A stretch of 64,000 nucleotides of DNA from Anthoceros angustus (lineage: Eukaryota > Plantae > Anthocerotophyta), in NCBI GenBank assembly GCA_010909165.1, contig VJWM01000106.1:930001-994000 (forward strand), read 5' to 3'. This document shows, piece after piece, positions 12,458 to 23,483 of the stretch (its first letter is position 1; each line of letters starts with the position of its first letter). A model generated the notes under the pieces. That model did no database searches. It saw only the letters and a program-made list of their open reading frames with translations, and was not told where the DNA came from. The translations under genes and the position numbers were made by a program.

Positions 12458-14195
12458 GCTTCGTGTTTGATTTGCCTACAAGAAGCAACAGTGCTTAAAC
12501 ACCAGACTCAAGTATCCAGTAATACCTTTCCGTCGACATTAGAACCCGTTTTCCTAACTTACCCTATAAAGTACAATATGACCTTATGGGAGTTTTAGTA
12601 AGAAGCCTTGTATGAGAAGCATGCAGCCCCAAATCTAGTTAGTAAGTTGTAAGTAGTGGTGATAAAATTTAGCTTAGGGCTTAAGGAAAAAAGTCTGCTT
12701 TAAGCAGGACTTCTATAGGCAGTTAGCCTCCCTTCTTTAGATCTTTAACAATGGATGGAAGACCTTAAGGTGTTAGACATTTAAAACTAAATGCAAGACC
12801 TTCAACTGTTATACTCTTCCAATATTCATCCTAATTGGCTGGTAGGAACTTACTCCTTGAATGGACAAAGTGTTCAAGGATCATTTATAATTAATAAAAC
12901 TTTTAATTATTTATTTATTTATCCACCACAATTGAACCTGTTTACTTAGTTAAGTCCACGGATAGTCATTGGATTTAGCATAATCTTATTTATGTATCAT
13001 TTACATGCCATAGCGACTTGCTCGCGTGAATTAGACATGCACCGTGACAGCGAGGGTCCGACCCTCTGAGGTTTTCTTTGAAAACATATCTATGAATTTT
13101 GTAACTTGAAGATTATGAACCTAATATTCTCAATTAGGGAGGGACAATTCTAATGTCTTAACCTTTTTTATTTTTTAATTATCAATTATCATTTAGCCCT
13201 TCATACGTTCAAGAGAGCAATGACTTAGCTTCCAATTAAAGAGGTTTCCATTTATAGAGGTGCCATTTATGGAGGGCGAATTGTGCATACACAAACACAT
13301 ATCCACTTTTGATTATTTTTATTAAAGAAAATCTCCATAGAGAATATTCATTTGTTCCATTGACCTTATCGTGCTAGGTATTCATTTCTGAGGCCACATC
13401 AGCGCCCCCGCTAGAGCACAGTGCACACTAGCGAACGCGTGACTTGCAAGCGTAAGCCAAAGCAAAGCGGAGTCGGAGAGTGTGGACCGTAGGCTCCCCC
13501 CCTTAGGAAGGTAATGAGCTAGTTTTTTGTTTTTTTGTTAGTGTGGAGTGTGAAATAAGGCGAGAAAGGGGAAATAAGACCGGGACGGGTAAGAAAGGGA
13601 TGAACGACCGAAGCGCCTAAGGACGGGGGACTCCGGACCGTACTCCAAAGTAGACAGGGTGACTCCGGACCGCACTTCGGAGCGGCCTGGGGGACTACGA
13701 ATCGCACTCCGGAGTAGACCAGGGTGAGTCTGGTCTGCACTCCGGAGTAAGTCACGATAAGTACGCCGGGAAAGGTAACTTTGGAACAGGGAGCGAGTTT
13801 TGGCAAGGGGTGCCACGTGGACGGTGCTGAGAGGGGGACATGCATGCAGCGGACCAGGACCGTAGGGTTGCCAGTGGCCGTTATGGGCGGGTAACCACGC
13901 TCCGGGTACATGCGCTAGAGTAAGGCTAGAGTAAGGCTAGAGGCAAGAAGAGGAAGCAATGCAGACTAGCGACGGGCGCGGTGACGCCCCGCCGGTTACT
14001 CCCGACGCTCGACGAGAGAGAAGGCCATTCTCTCGACCACCGGCGCTAGCCACCGTGCTCGTGCACCGCTCGGCGCTATCTCTTCCGCGCCTGGCGCATT
14101 ATGAGCGACCCTCTTCGCGAATCGGCGTCACGCGGAGTGCAGAAGGAGAGTTGTCGGTCATCAAGCCACAATAGCAGACCAGGAGGCGCGCAATT

Positions 14196-17100
14196 ATGGG
14201 GCCCAAGAAGGCGGCGGAGGTGTGGGAACCCTGGCATCTAGTGGAGAAGAACATCGTCACCAAGCGCTACCCGGACTTCGGGCCTTGGCTGGAGGAGGCC
14301 GAAGAACTGGTGCAGGACTGGCACCTGGACATCTTCCACGGTTTAGACGTTTGATAGCGTCACGTTGGTCCGGGAATACGCCCGGAAGATGTTGGAGGTG
14401 GCCAACAAAGCGATCCGCTCCAAAAGTCTGAGGGAGGACCCAAGGAGGTGGACCGTGGAGGTCCTACGGGCGGTTTACAACCGGCCGGTGGAGGAAATTG
14501 GGGGGGTGGTGCCGGAACCCCTCAAGGTGAAAGGGAGGGTGGAAGCCGCCAAGGCGGCGCTTTTGAGGCCGGGGACGCAGCGGTCCTCGAATGGGTGGTT
14601 GATGTCGGACCTATTGGACCGCCGGGTGAGAGCGGTGACGAAAGTCATCGTGCATTGGAACATGCTCACTAAGGTGGATCACCTAGGTGACAATCTGCTA
14701 GTGTTCCTCCACGCCCTGCAGAGACGGAAAAGAGCGGACTGGGGAAGGATCATCTTCGCCCGGATCAACCAGAGGCTGGGCGAGGCAGAAGTCTGCCTCC
14801 CCACGCGCCGTTTATCATCCACGTGTGGGGGCACCTTAACCTCTTGAACGAAGGGGAAGAGGAGCGAGCGCTCCAGAAGGGGTTGGTGACCCTACCTAAG
14901 ACGGAGCGGGAAGGAAGAGCACCGGAGCCGGAGGGCCGCCCACCCAAGACCAGGCGGGGCCAGGAAGATGAGGATTGGGAGGGGATTCCGGACTCCATAC
15001 GACTGGAACGGACCCCCTCGCCGCCCCAGGAAGTATGGGAAGAAATTCCCGCTTCCCTCCTCTTAGTCCCTCCACCGGAGCACCCCACGCCGGAGGAGAC
15101 TACGAGGAGGGAGGCGGTGGTCGCGCATGCATCAAAGAACCTATGACGGCCCCAGCCACCGAACCCCGCAGGATTAGAAGGGAGGCAAAGAAGAGGAAGA
15201 CAGCCCCCACCACCGCGGCTCCCAGGACCGCTCCGGTCCCTCTGCCCTTGCCAACGGAGCGGAGGCGGCGGAGGCCGAGGAGGCAAGCGAGAAGAGCTTA
15301 AGCCGAGATGCGCCTGGGGCGGACGACATGGGTAACCCACCCCGAGCCCGGCCCCATCACCAACTGTGAGGGGAAAGCGAGCCAGCTCCCGGACCTCTTC
15401 ACCACCTCCCGGATCCCAAGAGAAGACGGGTGGAGAAGGAGTGCCAAGCTGCTGGAGGTGGAAACTCCGACCAAAATACTCGGGACACGAGGGTCCGGCT
15501 GGGTCGAGTCCCTAGTCTAGCCTCCCTACAGTCCTCGGGCGGCGGTCCCCATCGGGGGTGACTCAGCCCCTTCACGGGTATCAGAGCCGTGGAAGAAACA
15601 CGGAGGGTGCTTTGGGGGCTCTGCGGAACGGCAGAGAAGGCCCAGGAAGTGGAGGCCACCAGACAAAGGATGGTGGAGCTTCAGGGCCAGGCGGAGGCGG
15701 CCCAAGCGGCCAAGAGAAAGGCGGAGACCCTCGCGAGAGTCGAGGAGGAGAAGCGCCGGGCGGCCGAGTCTGAGGCAAGGTCCGCCCAACAAGACAGAGC
15801 CAGGGTGGTCCAGCTGTGTGAACAACTGAAGCACGCACAGGAGGCACATGCAAAGGCGGAGGACCTTTGTAGGCGGAGAGGAGCGGCCCAAGAAGAGGCG
15901 GAGGAGGCAAGAAGGCAGGCGGAGACGACCAAGGACCTGGCCGAGACCGCTCGGCAGGAAAAGCACCAAGCCTAGGAGACACAGGTGAAGGGGGGGCGCA
16001 GAGGTAGGCCTTGGCCAAGCTGCACAGGACACCACGCGAGATCAACCGGTGGAGGGAGGCGGAGGAGGCGGCCCAAGCGGCCAAGAGAAAGGCGGAGGAG
16101 GGAGCAAGCACAAGCCGTGAAGAAGAGAGGAGGCCAAGCACCCGGAGATGGAAGACCGCACAAACAGGATACGGAGGAGGGAGGCGGAGGACCGAAGGAG
16201 ACCACAGGCTGCAGCCTGTGTAATCTGAGGAGAGCGGAACGGGGACCTCCAAAGAAGAATCGAGGACCACGAGAGGGAGATAGAGTGGCTCCAGCTCTGT
16301 TGGAGGGCGGAGGAAATTCGGCGGCGAAATAAGGAGCAGGACATCGCCGAGTTGGAGAAGGACTTGGAGAAGCCAGGAGTCGGGCAGAGCTGCCGGACCG
16401 CCTGGAAAGGGAGATGGTGGCCCTCCAGGCAAGAATGGATGGCGGGGAGAGAGCTCTGAGAGAGGAGCAGAAGTTGCTGGTCCGGCTGCGGAAGGCGGAA
16501 GGGGAACGTCGCGCCATGGCCCGTAAGTTGGCTGAACTGCAGAAAAAGCGGTAGGAGGAGGAGGAGGCCAAGGAGAGGAGGCAAGAAGAGGCGGAGGCGG
16601 CCCCACTCGAGGAGGAGGCCATCCAACAAGTTGACTCGGATCTGACCTCATGTGAGGAAACGGCCCAACAAGCCACCAAGCACGCCCAATTACCAGAGCA
16701 CCTCTGGAGGAGGGAATATCGGGTGCTCCGGACCCATGTGGAGGAGGCCATCCAACAAGTTGACTCGACCGCCTACCACTGCGGAGCTCCTGCTACTGAG
16801 GTCTGCGTCTCACCCCAGTTGGAAGGCCAAGGAGAGGGCCAAGGGAAGGAGAGGAGGCGGGCCAAGGGAGAAGAGGGCCAAGGGAAGGAGACCACAGGCT
16901 GTTTGGGGACGAGAGCAGCAGCGAGGAGGGAGAGCGCCCGGGCGAGAAGGAGGCGATGGACACCACCCGGCAAGAGGTAAGTCCGCCACGCACTGCCCGG
17001 GAGGAAGGAGAGGGGGTCTCCGAGCAGGCCAAGGGAGAAGAGGGCCAAGGGGAAGGAGGTTCGGAGGGTGAACCCGGACCCCCGGAAAAGACCCTGGGTA

Positions 17101-17246
17101 AGGATGCCCAGAAGTCGGCGAGGCCGGACCCTGAGGTCCGGACTCCGGAGGTGAGGCCGAACCTTGAAGTCCGGACTCCGGAGGTGAGGCCGGACCCTGA
17201 ATTCCGGACTCCCGAGGTGAGGCCGGACCCTGAGGTCCAAACTTAG
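14196..17246 (+). pseudogene. LTR-internal coding region (frameshifted): Trp-rich N-terminal domain, Pro-rich linker, E/K/R/A coiled coil, conserved C-terminal motif; function unknown
   Basis: MGPKKAAEVWEPWHLVEKNIVTKRYPDFGPWLEEAEELVQDWHLDIF, then (other frames) VREYARKMLEV...NMLTKVDHLGDNLLVFLHALQRRKRADWGRIIFARIN, coiled coil 15589-15975 and about 16340-16600, then PEHLWRREYRVLRTHVEEAIQQVDSTAYH. The same motifs recur in both LTRs of the 38555-53278 element. Confidence 0.75.
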
Positions 17247-17280
17247 GAGGCGAGACCGGACCCCGAAGTCCGGACGCAGG
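17122..17280 (+). repeat. 33-bp tandem repeat (CCGGA-rich) inside the solo LTR, about 4-5 units
   Basis: ccggaccctgaggtccggactccggaggtgagg units, translating as RPDPEVRTPEV repeats. Related shorter repeats occur in the other LTR copies (about 39540-39640 and 48860-48960). Confidence 0.85.
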
Positions 17281-17348
17281 AGTGGGGAAGGGTGAGTGAG
17301 GGTCACCTCACCACCCAGCAGTAGAAATTTCTGCAGTGGACCCACCAA

Positions 17349-17741
17349 TGAAAGTTAAGACGACCACACCAAGGGTGCGAATGTTTGAATCATGAGCAGG
17401 TAAAACGCTTTGAGGATGTGAGCTTGTCCTTTTGCGAAAGGGTCTATAGATATATCAGCCTGGCATTGGCATATTCCTAAGATATCCTATTGGCAAGATA
17501 TGCCGAAATATCCAAAGAATACACTATAATATGCAAGGAATATGCTAAAGCATATAACTTGTGTTTATCCACTTAGTTAATGCTAACCATGTTTAATTAA
17601 CAGTAATCGATGCTTAATTAACATAACCACTTCATATTAATTAATTAATACTAATTACTTACTTAATGATAAGTCATTAGATTAATCAATGCTAGATATA
17701 AATGAATTTAACATAAATCAGCAGCACTATCTCTTTCTAGA
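17349..17741 (-). mobile_element. AT-rich insertion in the solo LTR, homologous (antisense) to the LTR of the DNMT/PHD Gypsy family
   Basis: The reverse complement shares blocks such as ttatgttaattaagcat, gttaattaaacatggttagca, ctaagtggataa, atatgcttt(a/g)gcatattccttgcatattatagtgtattctt and ccaataggatatcttaggaatatgcc with 19123-19654 and 61768-62311. It is absent from the other two giant LTRs. Ends are approximate and no clean TSD was found. Confidence 0.7.
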
Positions 17742-18017
17742 ATAGAGGGGGGGAGAGGAGGACTTGGTGGTCATCGGTTGTCGCCTGTAGGGCTGCACCC
17801 GACAAAGTCTCAGAAGAGGAGGCCCCGCGATCGCAGATCATCCGATTGGGTGCGCCGCATTGCCCAGCTGGGATTGGGCCCCGCCCTGTGAGGAATCCTG
17901 GGCACCCCAGCCCACCGCGGAATGGGTAAGCTACGAAATAGTGGGTTTGGGGCTAGGGCACCGAAATGGACAATGTTCCGAATAGGAGTGTAATAAAGAC
18001 GCCTCCTCAGGGCATAG

Positions 18018-18025
18018 TATAAGAG
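18018..18025 (+). promoter_or_regulatory. Candidate LTR TATA box (TATAAGAG), which would place the U3/R boundary about 4.5 kb into the LTR
   Basis: TATA-like motif about 630 bp from the LTR 3' end. The other two copies read GATAAGAG at the equivalent position, so support is weak. Confidence 0.3.
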
Positions 18026-19122
18026 GGCAGAGGCCGCTCTAGTAAAGCATCTTTCTTTTGGGGTTGATACCGCGTTCTCTTGCAGACCTTTGTGTGTCCT
18101 TCGTTAGCGCGAGGAAAGTCACGGCGGGCAAGACAACTCCCGAGATCGATCCAGTCCTAGTGACGGACCCTAATGTGTGGTGGTGTGTGTGCACCTGACG
18201 CCAGGACCCTTGCTCCTCCAGGCGGAGGGCCAGTCGGACGGACGGGCACGTGAGACCGTGAAGCTTCGAGAGGGCGTGCCAAGCCGGACGGAGAGGCCTG
18301 CTGAGCAGCGGTAGGTCGCCAAACCACCCATGATTCCCCAACTGGTAATGTGCGTAGTGAGTGTGGTAGGAGAGGCGGACTAGAAGAGACATAGGACTGA
18401 CTGGTAGCAAACGGACGTGAACGAGTCCTTAAACGTTTGGCCATGCCGGGCCTGTTCAGTGGACGCTTAAGAGTAATTAGGGAGTGAAAACAATCGCGTT
18501 GAGGTCTCGGATAGAAACTCGCCCCGACGACGAGGAGGGAATCGGGCCACGAGCGAGCAAAACGGAACCAATCATTCCTTTGAGAACGGACCTCTTACTG
18601 CAACGACACGGGACTATGCACGCCCGGTTGGCTGTCAGCGAAATTCACGCCACAGAGAGGCAGTGAGACAACGGGGGGAGTTTTTGTATTTCACATGATT
18701 GTAGACTTTGTCTGATAATACAGCGAGGGTCAAGGTTGCACAAGTTATCTCCATAGAGTTTCTGATCGAGAGGGAGATCGAGTTGGCTACGTTTATCTTA
18801 AAGAGGTGTTCGACTCCACACTAGAAAAGTAGTGGATAATGTGCACGTGCTAGATGATAGGTTAATATGGTGCTAAGGTGCTATTTATTAATATTTTGAA
18901 GAGGTATTTTTGAGAGTGAGAGAATGAGGCCATTTGGAGGCAAGGCAAGAAGCTAAGTTCATTAGATATTTCACATGATTTGGTGTTCCATTATTCGTAA
19001 CTTATATGCACAGATTTGCTCCGTTCCAGCTTAAGGCTATGGCTATCAAGCTTTCCTTATTGGACAAGCTCGTTTCGTTCCTACAGCTGTGTTAATCTTC
19101 CCTTGATGAGTAACCTAGGATC

Positions 19123-19685
19123 TGTCATGCCGTGTGATACTAATCTCTGCACTTGGGTTTAGTGTTTGATTAGCATTAATTAATCTAATTAATTATCTTT
19201 AAGTAAGTAACTAGGGTTAATTAATCTAAGGTGCTTATGTTAATTAAGCATTGATTAGTGTTAATTAATCCAAGGTGCTTATGTTAATTAAGCATTTATT
19301 AGTGTTAATTAAACATGGTTGCAATAGCTAAGTGGATAAGCTCAAGTAATATGCTTTGGCATATTCCTTGCATATTATAGTGTATTCTTAGGATAAGCTC
19401 AAGTAATATGCTTTGGCATATTCCTTGCATATTCTAGTGTAGGGTTTTGGCATATCTTGATCGATAGGATATCTTAGATGCGGTCTAGTATATATAGACC
19501 CTTCCATTGAGGACAAGCTCGGATCATAGCTTGTCCTCTAGATATCAATGCAAGGCGTTGTGAGGCCAAAGCTATGACTCGAGGCGATGTGTGAGGAATT
19601 TGCGTGTTGTTCGTGGGGAGGTGTGTTTGTGCCACGATGCGAGCTACTCCCTCCCCGTCTATACAAGCTATGATCCGCGTGCGCA
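19123..19685 (+). repeat. 5' LTR of the outer Gypsy (AT-rich)
   Basis: Highly similar to 61768-62311 up to ctactccctcc (19654). The end is uncertain; it possibly ends at cgtgcgca (about 19685). Confidence 0.75.
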
Positions 19686-19708
19686 GCTAGACAGATGGCA
19701 GGCTTAGC

Positions 19709-19876
19709 GCGACGCTAGGCGACGCTAGGCGATGCTAGGCGTGCTAGGCGATGCTAGGCGATGCTAGGCGATGCTAGGCGACGCTAGGCGATGCTAGGCG
19801 ACGCTAGGCGACGCTAGGCGATGCTAGGCGATGCTAGGCGTGCTAGGCGATGCTAGGCGACGCTAGGCGACGCTAG
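19709..19876 (+). repeat. 10-bp tandem array GCGA(C/T)GCTAG, about 16-17 units, just inside the 5' LTR of the outer Gypsy
   Basis: Directly visible: gacgctaggc gacgctaggc gatgctaggc ...; units alternate between C and T at one CpG. Confidence 0.95.
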
Positions 19877-19914
19877 CTCTTTAAGCAAGGCGACTCTCTA
19901 AAGTGTGCCCAAGG

Positions 19915-20110
19915 CTTGAGGCCAGAGAGGGACCAAGCCCAAGGCCAAGGAGAGGCGAAGCCCAAGTCAAGGCCAGGAGGCAAGAAGCCAAGTCCAAGGC
20001 CAAGGAGAGGAGGCGAAGAAGCCCAAGTCCAAGGCCAAGGAGAGGAGGCATGAGCCCAAGTCCAAGGCCAAGGAGAGGAGGCTAAGAAGCCCATACCAAG
20101 GAGAGGAATG
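19915..20110 (+). repeat. Tandem repeat of about 33-35 bp, about 5 units
   Basis: Recurrent ccaaggccaaggagaggaggc..aagcccaagt. Confidence 0.85.
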
Positions 20111-20499
20111 AGGCCATAGGGGCTAGCCTTTAAGGCCAACCAACCAAGGGAGAAACAAGAGTATTTTACCTTTTTGGATTCATGGGATATGGGATACGCC
20201 ATTTGATTTCACTTCGTCCAAAACTCAGGCACCCCATCCAAGTACGATCCACCCCATCCAAGTATCGATCCACTCCACGCCGCTATCTTGAGCCGTTTTC
20301 ATATCCAACTCACCCAGCTCACATTTTTTGGCATAGCCTGCAGTATTTGTATGCAATTTAACATGCAGATACTTAGAGGTTTCACTAATCACGATCTAAG
20401 AGGTAACGAATTTGGGACATGCTAACTGGAGGTTTCACTAATCACGATCTAAGATAGCGGGTGTTAACCTTGATTAAGGGTTTGATCTAGCCACTAACC

Positions 20500-22400
20500 G
20501 CCTGGAGTGCATGCCGACACACTGATCCGGACGGAGCTACCAACCCAGAAGTCCATCGAGCAAGTCCCGACCAAGAGAGAAGTGGAACACCGATTTTGGT
20601 CAAATAAGGACACGGAGGAACCCAACGACCCAATCAACAATCTTTGAAGGATCTGTGAGTGGCAACACACAAGACAGACACGCAGGCCGGACAACTCAAA
20701 TGAAGCGACATGAGGAGGACTTGTCTTGAGTCGCCAAGATGGGAGGAGACAAGGATCGAATGGAGTTGTTCATGACGAGCACTTGCACCGGAGGACTTCA
20801 TCGAGAAGTGGTGCGGAGATGGAATTGAAGACCGGATACACGAAGCGATACCATCCAAATGGGATGAAGCATTGGCTATCGAGCACAAGTAGGTTGTTGA
20901 GACATCCGGAGGACCAGCGAGTAGCAGCTCAAGTCTGGGAACCAAAGGCAGACGAGCAAGCACACCGAGCACGATCCCATCAAGAGATGTTTGATCATCT
21001 TCCGAGTCGCATATACGATGAAGATCTCCGAGCCGACACACTTCAAGATGAAGTCGCGAGATCAAGATGGCTTATCAAGAATCGACCCGGTACCGACACC
21101 AAGATCATGAGTGACCGACCGCCGCAGAGAAGTACTTGCAGCATTGCCATATGCACCGCGCATGAAGGTGCAACAAGCGGTGCACAAGACGGGGGCAACA
21201 CACCCTCAAGGAAGTGTACGATGGTCGACAAGATAGGGCCCACGACACTTTCTCTGCTGGTGATTACTCCAAGACAAGTAGGAGTGGTGGACATGACCGA
21301 CGCGGAGGTCGAGGAGGAGGAGCGAGACAAGCCACCCACATGTACCCAAGTGACGAGCCCCTCGTGAGGTGCCGAGGACGACCATTCCCCATGAGTGCGA
21401 GCATGCATTCGGAGGAGTCAAGGGTGAGGAGCCATGCCCTAGTGTGGAGGTAGCGGCACAATGAAGCGGCATGTTGGGAGAAGCATCCGAATTGCGCCTA
21501 CGGGTTATCGAGCAGCAACCCGCCAATGCATCCGGCCAACCTCATCCACAAAATCATGAAGAGCAAAGGCGCTGGAGGAGGCACTGCCAAGTCCCGTGGA
21601 CAAAAGAAACGGAAGCATCAAAGAAGACGATGGATGCTACGCACGCCGCAAAAGCGGAGTTGCAGCGAAGGCTAAGATCAAGGAGAGCCATCATCGTGAG
21701 GACGAAGAAGATGAGCACAAGCTTGATACATGGCGATCGTGACTGCATCCAAGGGCAGGAAGAAACCTCCGCAGCCACGAGAAGATAGCTCGAGGAAGAA
21801 GAGGACGTCTTGACACTGCAGGAAGACACGGGAAGCTTCGGATCCTCTTCCCGAACCTATGCCAAGATGCCAAAGTCGCTTGAGCCATTGCATGTGAGCA
21901 AGGGAGCAACATCAAAGTCCAGAGCGGCGATGTGGAGAAACCCATGCGCATTGACGGAGACGATGGCACAAAAGCTGGAGATGCCATGTTTCACCTACAA
22001 GACATGGGGTTGAGCGTGAAGGAAGTCGGGTTTGACTCATGGATGTTGACAACCCTTGAAGACGAAGCAAGTGTCCAAGATTTGCCACAGAGTAGCAATG
22101 ATGTCATTGTCGACTCAACCAAGCATCTCCGTGGAAAAGCGAATGCACGAGTGGGGTGGCTTTGGTCAACAATCGAGAGGCACATTGAAATCAATGGATT
22201 CGCACTAAGGAGGGTGTTGATTGACACCGAGCACCCGGTGATCGTTGGAAGAAGAGTGAAGGAAGCGCTGTCTCCACCAAGAAAGGTTGAAGGAAACCAA
22301 GTGGAAGATCCAGACTGCACTGGGACCACGGAGCATGTGTTGGGGTGACAAGGCAAGTCAAGGTTTCATTCAAACCAAGAACAGCAGACTTCACCTTTGT
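20500..22400 (+). pseudogene. gag-like region and aspartic protease of the outer Gypsy (frameshifted)
   Basis: LRRVLIDT(G)A at about 22205-22235 needs one base restored to give the DTG protease motif; it is followed by DVLLG-like sequence. The upstream gag assignment is positional only. Confidence 0.55.
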
Positions 22401-22882
22401 CGAGGTACACCTTGGTCACCGATGCGTATTTGATGTCTTTGGAGCGACGCTTTGTACAAACCTCGAGTCATGGTGGATTTGTGGACGGAGATGCCTACTA
22501 TCGATCAGCCGGAGAAGCCGGAGCAAAACCGATGAACGGATTGCCCGTGATCCCTCTCAAAATGCATGGCAAGGATCATGAGAACCTCATTGCCAAAGCT
22601 CACCCAAAGGTTTGGCCAGTGAAGGACACGCCATACGTGCTTGAACCTCGTGTGTCTAACAACCGCAATCGACCGATGGAGGATTTCACGAGGAGGAGGA
22701 AGAGCTAGGGTTGCAACCACCCTGAGAGAGGTTCTTCAAGTCACGGACGGAGCTGGATCGCAAAGAATGAGCCGTGCAAAAGCCGTGGAGGATGGTGCAA
22801 GAGGACCAAGGTCCTATGAGCCGAGAATCACTGTAAGTTCTGCCTAGGGTTGAGCCTGAGACCTAAACACCTGTGTCATCAC

Positions 22883-23483
22883 ATGGCGACCTCGGAAGAC
22901 GGTATAGTGCTCGTGGAACTCTTTGGAGGCATCGCACGGCCAAGCGCAAGTGTGGCATCAGTGCGAAGATACGCGGCATTGTGACCCGGATCCAAAAGCA
23001 AGGATTGTGCCGTGGCGAGTAAGAGACTTGATGGGGAGTACCTAACCTCCGACGGGAGCCGCAAGGGTTACCGGGCGCCGATGGATGTTCGCATGATAGG
23101 GTTGTCCCATTTGAGTTGTCTGGGCAACCGGTGGACCTTGTCATCGCAGTTGGGAGTGTCAAGGACTATCCTCCGCAGTAAGGGTCAAGGTCTGAAGGAT
23201 CCACGAACAGCATTGTTCTATGACCTGATAAGGATCTTGCGCTTGATCCAGAAAGGGCAAGAAAGGGCAAGAAAGGCCTTGTGGATACATGTTGTAGAAT
23301 GTGCCAGCATGCATGAGCGTGAAGAAGCAAGTTCAGGAGGATTTTGCCACGATCCGAGGAGTGTTGGGTCAGGAGCTTCTATTGGATGCAGCTCAATTTG
23401 GTTTGAGGGCTCATAGGTTGAGGTCCATGTGGACTAACCTTGCTCCCTTGGAACATTTGAAGTGTGCGAGGTCGTTCACCAAG
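22883..23483 (+). pseudogene. C5 cytosine DNA methyltransferase (DNMT3-like), N-terminal half, motifs I-VIII, within the Gypsy polyprotein
   Basis: Motif I IVLVELFGGI (22916-22930); motif IV PVDLVIA(G)WECQGLSSA(G)KGQGLKDPRTALFYDLIRIL (Cys codon 23157-23159); motif VI GYML*NV (TAG at 23295 where ENV is expected); motif VIII LLDAAQFGLRAHRLRSMWTNL. Cut at 23483 by the nested element. Confidence 0.85.

Larger units (their letters stand above)
13481..18654 (+). mobile_element. Solo LTR (5174 bp) of the giant-LTR Ty3/Gypsy family, diverged relative of the LTRs at 38555-42751 and 47906-53278
   Basis: Starts TGTGG (13481), ends GCCACA (18654), flanked by a perfect 5-bp TSD GAGAG (13476-13480, 18655-18659). 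Both ends and the internal ORF align with the reverse complement of the two LTRs of the 38555-53278 element. No gag-pol lies between the termini. Confidence 0.9.

Noticed and set aside
15581-16751. Long minus-strand ORFs (356 aa, 259 aa) with Leu/Ser/Pro-rich, TM-looking stretches, a possible env-like gene
   Set aside because: They are the reverse complement of the GAG/AAG-rich coiled-coil coding strand. The motifs conserved among the three LTR copies are on the sense strand.
18660-18690. GGGGGGAG purine run after the solo LTR as a possible PPT of a further element
   Set aside because: No LTR start or second copy of the following sequence is found in the window.
22883-23483. Bacterial restriction-modification methylase contamination or a host DRM/CMT gene
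   Set aside because: Intronless, collinear and apparently in one polyprotein between Gypsy protease and RT. Motif order is not permuted as in DRM, and there are no bacterial neighbours.
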